Part shown: piece after piece, positions 12,874 through 21,984 of the stretch
Numbering within the stretch: the stretch's first letter is position 1
How the letters are laid out: each line of letters starts with the position of its first letter
DNA from: Neoconidiobolus thromboides FSU 785
Taxonomy: Eukaryota; Fungi; Entomophthoromycota
DNA: 64,000 bases
NCBI GenBank assembly: GCA_025603075.1
Contig: MU626342.1
Span: 24,755-88,754 of the forward strand
Direction: 5' to 3'
The notes under the pieces: model-generated
The model's database searches: none
What the model was told of the DNA's origin: nothing
What the model saw: only the letters and a program-made list of their open reading frames with translations
Translations under genes and position numbers: made by a program

Positions 12874-13379
12874 TTAAATAAACCTGAGACAACTCTTCTC
12901 TAGATACTTTCTATCATCACCATCGATTCCATTCACCTCTCCATCTTTTTTTAGTTTTCGGATACAACTGTAAACCTCCTCTCCAATGATATAAATATGT
13001 CCCTTAGCATCGATGTATTTATAATCTTCAAAATGACTAATGCCATCCGGTTCAAAAACACTTCTTATGTTACTAATCTTTCGAGTTGCCTCTTTTTATG
13101 ATACTGCTCAAGTCCTTGGTCGATGTTGCAGTAGTTAGTGGAGCTATTTCTGGCTTCGGAGTACTTTTTTTGTTTGCTTTATTTATAGAAACACGGCTTT
13201 CCTCGTCTTCTGGTATGACCACTGTTCTTTTGTCTGTGTACCTTCTCCTTCTGATGTGCTACATCCAACTTGAGTGACATGGAATTGAGCACCTGATCTT
13301 TTGAGTAGCTTGAGTTGTTTTGCATAATATCATAGCATTCAGAGATATTTATTTCGATGATCTGATTGATAAGCCTCAC
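12874..13379 (-). pseudogene. Viral hypothetical protein (frameshifted)
   Basis: ORF 13179..13379 continues in other frames to ...DGISHFEDYKYIDAKGHIYIIGEEVYSCIRKLKKDGEVNGIDGDDRKYLEKSCLRFI*. Confidence 0.5.
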
Positions 13380-13432
13380 GATATCTTGTTATAATATGAT
13401 GTTTATTTTTTATAATCTTAATTTGCATCAAT

Positions 13433-13660
13433 TTATATATTGCTTGTTGGATCTGATCTTAGATGAGAACATATGCCCTCCCTCTCCTCCGGAGTTATAC
13501 TTATTATATCCCCCGATGATAAGCATTTTGTGTCATAGGGATCATTATTATTATACTTAAATATGCTCGGTATCAATATTTCGAATGTATCATCACTATC
13601 TATTATCCTCAGCACAAGCTTTCTCCTAAACGCTTCTTTGATTTCATAGATCATTATCAA
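13433..13660 (-). CDS. Small viral ORF, possible RPB5 C-terminal-domain-like subunit
   Basis: IPSI...NDPYDTKCLSSGDIISIT loosely matches the RPB5 LPxI..DP......GD/QIxxI pattern. Confidence 0.3.
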   Translation of the reverse strand: MIMIYEIKEAFRRKLVLRIIDSDDTFEILIPSIFKYNNNDPYDTKCLSSGDIISITPEEREGICSHLRSDPTSNI

Positions 13661-13703
13661 TAATTATAGAATATATTATGTCATATAAAATCAATACTTT
13701 GAA

Positions 13704-13713
13704 AATTGAAGAT
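13704..13713 (+). promoter_or_regulatory. Putative viral promoter motif AATTGAAGAT upstream of the helicase
   Basis: 20 nt before ATG 13734; AAAATTGA at 13702-13709. Confidence 0.6.
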
Positions 13714-13733
13714 AAACAACCAATAAGTAAATT

Positions 13734-15583
13734 ATGGATTATGCACGCTAAAGACGACCTTTCCAACCTACGTCACACTAGTCTTTATGAAAGATGTTGA
13801 CATAATAACTTATTGGACCATCAAGTGTTCGTTGGTGAGTATATGAGTAAGTATATGGACAACAATGAGATGCTTGTCTATCACGAAATGAATGGGTATA
13901 GGTAAAACATTATGTGCGCTCAATGTAGCATTTAACAATAACTCAAGTTTGATCATCATCAAGAATGCATTGCTTGTAAAGAATTATATGGACTCCTTGA
14001 AAGCTATGAAGCCTACAAATAACCTTAGAATTACCACTTACAAGAATTTCAAGGACATGGATGAAGACGTTATCGTTGTTTATGAAACGCACCATTTAAA
14101 CAATGTAGATAAGAGTGGTGTGCCTATCTATATCACGATATTAAGATACATCCAACAGAGACCGAGAACAAAGATTGTATTGATGGCTGAGACACCAATT
14201 ATAAACTATGGAAAGGATCTGATACCTATCTTGAGCCTGCTTATGCGATGGGAAGTGTGTAATGTACATGAGTTTGACTTTAGTCTCTTGAGAGGCAAAG
14301 TCACAACCAAGACGCTGAGCATCTTCAATAATAGCACTGAGCTAGTTTATGAAGATAAGTTATGTGACATGGATGATTATGAAGATAAAGCAAATGTCAG
14401 TAGGAACATCCACCATGGCATACAAAGACACTCCCTGAAAAACAAGTACCTTACCCTATTGGATGAAATAACTAAACAGTCTTCTAGAGTGATAGTGTAC
14501 TGTGAAAACATCAAAGGAGAGGGCCTGGATAAGCTAGGGTCGTTTATAGATGAACATAATGTGTCCAGCAAGGGCAGAAGTATAAAGTATCTTATATTCA
14601 CAGGGGAGGATATCAATGATCATAAGTTGCTGAAATTTAATTCCGGCAAGGTTGATATGCCACTTGCCAGCTCAGCCATATGTGAAGGCGTATCATTGAA
14701 GAACGTGAGGAAGCTTATTATATACACGATGTTCTGGAACAGTCAGAGTTACAATCAATTAATTGGGAGGATAAAAAGACTCGGTTCGAACGATGAAGTG
14801 CATATGGTAAAAGTGGTCCATGCCCTAAGTGTCACACAAAATGTTTTACACATTCCAAATTATGTTTCGAATATAAATGATACCTACCGACCATACGATG
14901 ATCTAAAAAGTGTTCATCCAGATCGATCCATCGATCTATTTAAAAGGAATTGGTGTAATAAGAAAGACGCGGACATTGATATTTATCTAACCAAGCTCAG
15001 AAGTGTATCGATCGATTTGGATGATATCGATAGTCTAGCAGAGTCAGCTGGTGATGATAGTACCTATAAGATCCATCTGTACAACAAGTATCTATATGAT
15101 TCGATGCAGCCAACCAATCACTCATCCACAGAAAGCACCATGAGGTGTTGTAGATGGGTTGCGTTTGATGAATACGATGTGGGGGAGTATATCAAGAACA
15201 ATATAAGAAGCATAGGGTATATCATCCATGGATGCTTCAAGGCTCAAGGCTTGACTCATGATGCTCAATTAGATACCTATATCCAAGACGATAAGATCAT
15301 TATAGATAAGCTTAATGAGTATATCAGTGACAAAAAGTTACAGTGTCATAAATACAGCATCATAAAATACAGTATCGATGGTAGTGTGAGAATCATAATC
15401 AGCGACCTGTTTGATGAGAACAACAACAAGCGAAGGATGTCCCGAGGCGTCTTGTTGGATAAAGCAAAGAAGAAAGATATGGTTAAGGCCATGAGGTTCT
15501 ATGGGTTTAATTATGATGCAAACCAATCATGTAAGGAATTGACAAGTATTATAAAACAAAAAGTGAAACCAATCGTGATATAG
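13734..15583 (+). pseudogene. SF2 helicase, poxvirus D6/D11 (VETF small subunit / NPH-I) type
   Basis: LLDHQVFVGEYMSKY...LVYHEM/GIGKT (4-bp AATG duplication at 13887-13894 shifts the frame), motif II decayed to YETHH, ETPIIN, motif VI QLIGRIKRLGS. Confidence 0.85.
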
Positions 15584-15586
15584 AAT

Positions 15587-16942
15587 ATGGAGGTCTTTAT
15601 TAAAGAACTATGTCTCCCCATCAAAAAGAATTTGGAGGAGGATGGGCTTAACGTTGAGGTGGAGGTAAGACTCAGAATGCCCAGACAGGCCCTCGATTCA
15701 CTCATCAAACACTATTGCTTGGAATATGATAAAGAGACGGAAGAGAGGGTGCTTTCACTCGCAGTAAATAATATCTTTGTGGAAAGTGATAAACATCTTC
15801 CCATGGTCAAAGAAACAATCATAGCCAAATCCTTTTGAAGGCGCAAAGTATCCTGTTCGCTGGAACCGTTCATGTCAAGAGAGGATATGACTATCGTGAC
15901 TTCCGAGCTGATCGTGGTGAGAATGAAGAAGAGATATGTTCGAAGTTATGATGGATATGGTATGATGGATATGGTATGATGGATATGGTATGATGGCCAC
16001 TCTTGTGGGATAACAGGTCGAGGTTGAGCTTGAGGTCACAAATGCATATGCTAGGGACTTCATGCAATCAATGTTCAGTGAGATCAAAAGGCTATCTGAA
16101 AGCAGGGCCATACCCAGAGGCGTGACATTCCACCCCATCAAACCGAGGAATGCTAAGCTATCGGACCTATGGATGATGAGAGAGGGTTATATGTCACTGA
16201 AGATCGATCGTGAAAGAGGGATGGTTGTTATTGATCGGATAAAAGAATGTTACAAAGTATGGTTCTGTCTCAACCAATCATGGATGGATGTAGATGATGT
16301 GAAGCATGATAAAATAGATGTTTTGTTTGATGAGTATAGGATAGATAAACTGATTATTGATACAGAAGTGATGGATGAAAGTCATTATTTACTTTATATC
16401 ACAAACATCCCATCCTCTGCGTTTAAACAGCGCCATAAGATACTTTGTGACATCATTGAATGTTTCAACACAGAAGTACAAGGACAGTTTGAGGTGAAGC
16501 ATCAGGAGTATTTCGATAGTTCTAAGTGTATCAATATCATCTATGACATACTTCAGCTGAAGGAGCCACGTAACGATGGGGTGATTATAACAAGCGTGGG
16601 TAAATACCAGAGTAATGTGTTTCGTATCAAAAGAATAAATACCATCGATGTGGGTTTGAAGTGAATGATGAATGCTTCTATGTCATGGAAGATCCTTTAA
16701 AGAAGGTGCTTCATCCAACACAGAAGCATATGACAACATTTAAGAAGTGTTTTGATAAGCTAGAAGAACATCCATCATCATGTGTTTATGAGATTGACCG
16801 CCATTTCAAAATAGTAAGGATAAGGCGTGATAAGCAGTATCCTAATTCATGCGATGCTTATGTGGAGAATACTAGCAAAGATACTATTCTTAAGAAGATA
16901 TATAGCTATTTCTGGTTTCCCCGATCACAGATCTCGTTGTAA
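15587..16942 (+). pseudogene. Viral mRNA capping enzyme (triphosphatase + guanylyltransferase), fragmented
   Basis: TPase EVEVRL and EVELEV; GTase motif I KIDR(E) (KxDG decayed), DTE, NDGVII, RIKRINTIDV, motif VI RIRRDKQYPN. Confidence 0.85.
15947..15996 (+). repeat. 14-bp tandem repeat (TATGATGGATATGG, ~3.6 copies) inside the capping gene
   Basis: Read directly from the sequence. Confidence 0.9.
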
Positions 16943-17939
16943 GCCATCTTTGGTGAAGAGATAAGTAATAATAAATGGATATGTATCAATTCTAAATACT
17001 ACACGGTCCATCAATCCAGTCATGAAGAGTTCAGTGCACAGTTTCATGGGTTTAATAAGATAAATGATACATGTTGTGATCCATAGTTTTCAGCGAAGGA
17101 GAATGATTTGTTGTGTGAATATCATGATTATAGATTGTAATTGATTCATTGGGTCTGGAGATATGGCTAAATATGATATTTTACATATGGGGTTGTCTGA
17201 ATTAGTTTCATTATTTTATCCAATTTAAATATTGTGTATTTTAGAAACTTAAAAATTCTATAAAATCAAATTTTTTATCAAAACAAAAGTACCCAAACAC
17301 AGTTCTAAATCATTCTATTATAGTTTATACTATAAGTTAGCTGGATTTCTAATAGATCTTAAATGCATATTCTTATAAAACTTTATTGAGAAATATTTAT
17401 TATTGACTGCTTTATAACCAATATTTTAGATTTGTTACCAAATAAATAAACTACTTTAATGTTATGATTACATTATTAATATATTGTCAAGTTAATAGAT
17501 AGCTGCATGGGAGCGAGTGGTTAGCCCCAAAACTATGATTAACCATCCTTATATAGTACAAGTAATATAATATTAGTTTTTACATATTATTACAATTCTT
17601 TGTTCTTTGACTATTTATTAACTTAGCTATTAATAACTTAAGCAATGTTAACATTTAATAATCTATTTCTATCATTTAACAAACTACTTACTTGCTTAGT
17701 AAATATCGAAAATTTTAAATCCTCTGTTATCTTCGTAAGGTAAGCTGGGATCGATCTTTTAATCCTTGTGTTTTCTATAGACTCTATAACTCTAATAACA
17801 ACATACTTTATTGTTATGTTTAATAAAGTGTAAGTACTTCTTAATGCCCTGCATCTCTATTATTATTTTTGTATTTTTGTTTCTTTCATACTTTTTAAAA
17901 ATTATATCTGTTTTTCCATTATTAACAATCGAGTTATTA

Positions 17940-18560
17940 ATTTTATTATGTTCGCAAATAAAAGTCTCAAACCTTGAAATTAATTGATTGATATTTTCTA
18001 TTTTACCTGATGCTTCAAAACTACTTTTCCATTTTGAAAGATTTCCAAAATACCCATCAACTATACTTTTTCCATGATGCTCAGCAAAAAATCAAGATCA
18101 ATATTTAAACTACTATTTATTTTGTGGATTTGTTTAAATATATAATGTAGAAACTCTTGGGATCTAAAATGATTTTATGTATCTGCCCATATATTGATTT
18201 TTGTAAACTTTTTAAATAAAAGCTCTGTAGAGATCAAATCGATTAAACAATCTCCTGCATATGGAGGTGTTTTTTTGTGTTTAAGGATTTTACTAACAGT
18301 CTTCCCACTCAAATAGCGTTTAAAAAATGGAAAAATAATGAAATTAAAAAATACATCCCCATATGCTGGGATCATGATTTAATATTTCAGATAAATAATG
18401 AAAGTAAACTTTGCCTATTGTTTTATCATCTTTTAAATATAATATACCAAAACCTAATACTGATATAGCTTGTTTATTATAATGATCTAAAGTTATTAAA
18501 TCTGATCTTGTTCCTATTTCCATATTTTGTTTAAATCTAAAATTATTATTATTATCGATA
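17940..18560 (-). pseudogene. DDD-type transposase relic (Sola2-like)
   Basis: Manual translation IIILD(F)KQN...VLGFGI...NHDPAYAGDCL...INIWADT*NHFRSQEFL...F-FAEHHGKSIVDGYFG; interrupted by a MITE, stops and frameshifts. Confidence 0.65.
18263..18360 (+). mobile_element. MITE nested in the transposase relic, TSD ATAT
   Basis: GGAGGTG...CATCCCC; ATAT at 18259-18262 and 18361-18364. Confidence 0.9.
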
Positions 18561-19083
18561 GTAAACTTTGTTAATATATCTTTTCTTTATTTTATTTTAT
18601 TACAAAATCTCATAAACCCTGGGTTGTTATAAGTAGCTGTTAAAATTGATGTAAATAAATTACAATGTTTATATTGTATATTCCTCCCTATTATATTGAA
18701 ATTTTCAAAAATTCCATTTCGAAGTTTAGTTATGAAAGTTTGCATTTTATTTTTATTTCTATTTCAACAAAAAATAAAGTTAAATAACTATTTATATAAT
18801 TATATAATTATATATTATATATTCATTAAATATTTAACAAAAACAACATAAAATATATAGTTATAAAAATTGATTATTTAAGAAAAGGAGACAATCAAAA
18901 TAAGTTTTAAATAAAGAGATTTAATTTTAGGCTTTTTAAATTTAACCGTCACTAAAGACGCAAATTTAAAAACTTAAAATTTGGATTAATTTCTAAGTAA
19001 ATTTTGAAGCCAATTCGGACAATCCCATATTATGAATTGATAATTAATATAATTATAATATTGGTTCCTATCTTTGTTTAACA

Positions 19084-19542
19084 ATGCCTGAATATGTGAT
19101 TATCTTCGACAATGATCTTATCAAAGATGATATAGAGAACATAAAACATATAATGCATTCCAATAACGATGTGGAATGTGATTTGGATGACGATTTAACC
19201 TATATAACCAACTTTATGTTTAACGATAAAGTCATCACTGGATCGAACATAGAAGAGCTAACGGAGTCCATCAATATCGAAGTCACTAAAAAAATGTCTG
19301 ATATGGGAGTTTCTCATGGCCCATGGCACACTAATGTGATTTACATAAACAAAGAATTGTATGATAAAGGCCTTGCAGAAGTTATGTCTTCTTACATTAA
19401 TCAAAACAAAGAGAGAGTATATAGCAGGTTCAAGTGTGAATACAAAGACATATGGATCATTGTTTTTGATGATACAGCTCCTGCTGTCTTTATGTTTGAG
19501 CATGTTCGTGATGGTATGTTAGACACCACCGGTATGAATTAG
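19084..19542 (+). CDS. Viral hypothetical protein, 152 aa, intact
   Basis: Open ORF without introns in the viral block; no motif recognised. Confidence 0.65.
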   Translation: MPEYVIIFDNDLIKDDIENIKHIMHSNNDVECDLDDDLTYITNFMFNDKVITGSNIEELTESINIEVTKKMSDMGVSHGPWHTNVIYINKELYDKGLAEVMSSYINQNKERVYSRFKCEYKDIWIIVFDDTAPAVFMFEHVRDGMLDTTGMN

Positions 19543-19609
19543 ATTAAAAAAGACTTCTGATCATAAATGAATAACTGTAACTCATAGTTCAGAAGTCTTT
19601 TTTAATCTA
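19540..19609. terminator. Perfect 21-bp inverted repeat (28-nt loop) between convergent ORFs
   Basis: TAGATTAAAAAAGACTTCTGA (19540-19560) and TCAGAAGTCTTTTTTAATCTA (19589-19609). Confidence 0.75.
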
Positions 19610-19616
19610 TATTGTT

Positions 19617-20468
19617 CTAATAGTATCCATGGATTAGCTGTCTATGGGGTAGAAAGATACCTTTCTCGGCACTATTAGCTGAGTTAGAGTTAGCTGCGTT
19701 AAAGTTAGCTGCAGTGTTTGTTCCTCCAACATTGAAACTGTTATTGATCTCAAAGTACTTACAGCATCTGTCATTAAAATTGTTGTAGTTAGTGAAATCT
19801 GTATAAGCCCATCTAGGTAACCCTCTATACCTTTTTCCAGTGAAAGGATTATTTTGGTTCGCGAATACAGAGGCTGAAGGGTATCCTTGAATAGTTGCTA
19901 TGCCATTACTGGCGCTTAGCGAAGGACATCTCCGCCCTGAATAATGCTCATACATTTTAGTAACTTTATGTCTTTGTCCTGCACTTCTATTCTCTCCCTT
20001 AGGAACACACATCGATGATCCAAATCCTACATTATGTGTGCCTGCTGGTGGGAACTTATCGCAATCAGAACGCTCTCTTATAAGAAAGACATTTGTTGGG
20101 TTTGCACCCCAGGTCTTACGTATATCGTGTCCGGGGTGATGACCACTAGAAAAACTACAGAAGTTGTTATCACCGCATCCTATATCATCGCGTCTAATGT
20201 CGACAGGTGTTTTAGCATTCGGTTGGAGTGCGACATCAGACTTTTCATCACCCTCCAGGATTATTCCATTGCCCCATGCATTGACATCTGGTACGCCCCG
20301 TCTTATCGCCAGTTTCCTTAATCCATTTATCCCGTTCTGGACATTGCATGACAGACGAGGGTAATTTGCATGAGGATAATATATATCAAAAGCTACGCTA
20401 GCGGGCCTTGCTTGTGAATTGAGACCTGAGAATAGAGTGAATGCAAATGCTAATGCAAGAGAATACAT
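19617..20468 (-). CDS. Secreted protein with a NucA/NucB-type (His-Me finger) nuclease motif
   Basis: Hydrophobic signal peptide MYSLALAFAFTLFSGLNSQA. DCDKFPPAGT...CVPKGENRSAG matches the NucA/NucB pattern (C/R)DE(Y/W)PxA...N.xAG, with Glu replaced by Lys. Confidence 0.7.
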   Translation of the reverse strand: MYSLALAFAFTLFSGLNSQARPASVAFDIYYPHANYPRLSCNVQNGINGLRKLAIRRGVPDVNAWGNGIILEGDEKSDVALQPNAKTPVDIRRDDIGCGDNNFCSFSSGHHPGHDIRKTWGANPTNVFLIRERSDCDKFPPAGTHNVGFGSSMCVPKGENRSAGQRHKVTKMYEHYSGRRCPSLSASNGIATIQGYPSASVFANQNNPFTGKRYRGLPRWAYTDFTNYNNFNDRCCKYFEINNSFNVGGTNTAANFNAANSNSANSAEKGIFLPHRQLIHGYY

Positions 20469-20494
20469 GATATTATATTCAGAAGAAGAGTAAA

Positions 20495-20505
20495 GTCTTC
20501 AATTA
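20495..20505 (-). promoter_or_regulatory. Putative viral promoter motif TAATTGAAGAC upstream of the nuclease ORF
   Basis: 26 nt before the ATG at 20468. Confidence 0.6.
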
Positions 20506-20535
20506 TCTTTGGATTGTATTTTTGTTTTTTGGTGA

Positions 20536-20546
20536 TAATTGAAGAT
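20536..20546 (+). promoter_or_regulatory. Putative viral promoter motif TAATTGAAGAT upstream of the D5 ORF
   Basis: 33 nt before ATG 20580. Confidence 0.6.
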
Positions 20547-20579
20547 GTATGACTTTCACATAAATATTTAGTCTGTTTG

Positions 20580-21848
20580 ATGAAGAAGAAATCAAAGAAT
20601 AATATATCACCTGCATCCATATGCAAGAAGTTTGCACTTTCGATTGGTGGTACAATTAAATGTACCTCGTGTGAAAACAAGATCATTGCCTATGAGGAAG
20701 ATGGTCTTTGGAAGTCTGAAGATGGCTATGTGAGGCTCAGCAAGACTTTGGATAGTTTCCTCGAGGAGAAGGATATCGATTATAGCATTTCTACGCGAAG
20801 TCAGATGATCATGTATTGTCACACACTTGTTTATCACGATGAGTTCTTCGAGGATAATGAAGACTGTAAATACATAAGGCCTAAGTCTAAGGTGCTGGAT
20901 CTTGGGAGTGGGAGGGTGATTGACCCATCCCCTGAGCATCGTTCCCGTACATCGATGAACTTTGGCCCCGATCCTACGGTGCCAGAGATGGTGGAACAGT
21001 TGTTGGAAGAGTTGTTCCCAAACAAAGAGGTGCGTGAATACTTTGTAAGATATCTTGAATCCTACCTTGAACCATACAATCGTGACAAGATGATGTGTGT
21101 GTGGCTGGGGAATGGGAACAATGGCAACTCGGTGATGACGAAGATCGTTGAGAAGATATTCGGAGGATATCATGCTAAGCTTCCATTGAACATTCTCACG
21201 AAGAAGAAGAATGAGTCTGGTAATGCCACGCCAGAGGTTACTCTACTGGCTGATCCCCACTTTGCTGTTATCCAAGAACCAAATGCACATGAGATGATCA
21301 ATCTTAGTACGTTAAAGGAGCTTACAGGGAATGACTCCATCTATGTTCGTAAGTTATATAGTAATGCTGAGGATATTTGGATCAAGGCAAAGATCATCAT
21401 GGTTGTGAATGCACTTCCATTTATAGATTACGATGATCCAGCGGCCAGGTCTAAGGTGTGCTGTATTCCGTTTCAGACCAAGGTCTTGCCCGAGAAGAAG
21501 ATCGACGCTAGAAAGGGTATGTATGTTAGGAAGATGAATATTTGGTTCGCTGATAAGATTAGTCATCTAGCGCCCAAGCTGTTACATAGGATCATTCAAG
21601 AGTATCCTGTGTATCGCAAAGAAGGGTTATTGGACTCGGAGTTTATAAGAACTTATATTGATGGTTGTCTCTCCAAGTTTAATACGTTCGAGAACTACCT
21701 CAAAGAGCATAGGGAGATGATGGGAGACTTAGAGATGTTTAATAGTTATTCATCCTGGCTGCGTTATAAGTATCCGATGCTAAAGTATAAGATATTGGAT
21801 TATGAAGATACAATCTATAAGCTGAGGGCGATAAAGGGATCCTTTTAG
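20580..21848 (+). CDS. D5-like SF3 helicase (no recognisable primase domain; Walker A Lys replaced)
   Basis: VLDLGSGRVID (D5_N), WLGNGNNGNS (GKS changed to GNS), FAVIQEPN, KELTGNDSIYVRKLY, KIIMVVNALP. Confidence 0.85.
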   Translation: MKKKSKNNISPASICKKFALSIGGTIKCTSCENKIIAYEEDGLWKSEDGYVRLSKTLDSFLEEKDIDYSISTRSQMIMYCHTLVYHDEFFEDNEDCKYIRPKSKVLDLGSGRVIDPSPEHRSRTSMNFGPDPTVPEMVEQLLEELFPNKEVREYFVRYLESYLEPYNRDKMMCVWLGNGNNGNSVMTKIVEKIFGGYHAKLPLNILTKKKNESGNATPEVTLLADPHFAVIQEPNAHEMINLSTLKELTGNDSIYVRKLYSNAEDIWIKAKIIMVVNALPFIDYDDPAARSKVCCIPFQTKVLPEKKIDARKGMYVRKMNIWFADKISHLAPKLLHRIIQEYPVYRKEGLLDSEFIRTYIDGCLSKFNTFENYLKEHREMMGDLEMFNSYSSWLRYKYPMLKYKILDYEDTIYKLRAIKGSF

Positions 21849-21984
21849 GATGGATCAAAGATAAGGATCAGATGGAATGGTTAAGTGTGATGTATCATAT
21901 TTGACCATATCATATATAATACTTAACCATAATAAAAAAACATCATATTTGACCATAATATGTAAAAGACTTTTTAATAGAGTG

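Larger units (their letters stand above)
17189..19026 (-). mobile_element. Decayed autonomous-type DNA transposon, Sola-like, inserted into the viral element
   Basis: TIRs GGGGTTGTCTGAATTAGTTTCA and (reverse complement of right end) GGGATTGTCCGAATTGGCTTCA; ATAT at 17185-17188 and 19027-19030; transposase relic inside. Confidence 0.8.

Noticed and set aside
21931-21980. Possible third hairpin at the D5/PolB convergent junction
   Set aside because: Arm-like words are present (ATAAAAAAACATC, AAGACTTTTTAAT) but they do not pair well.
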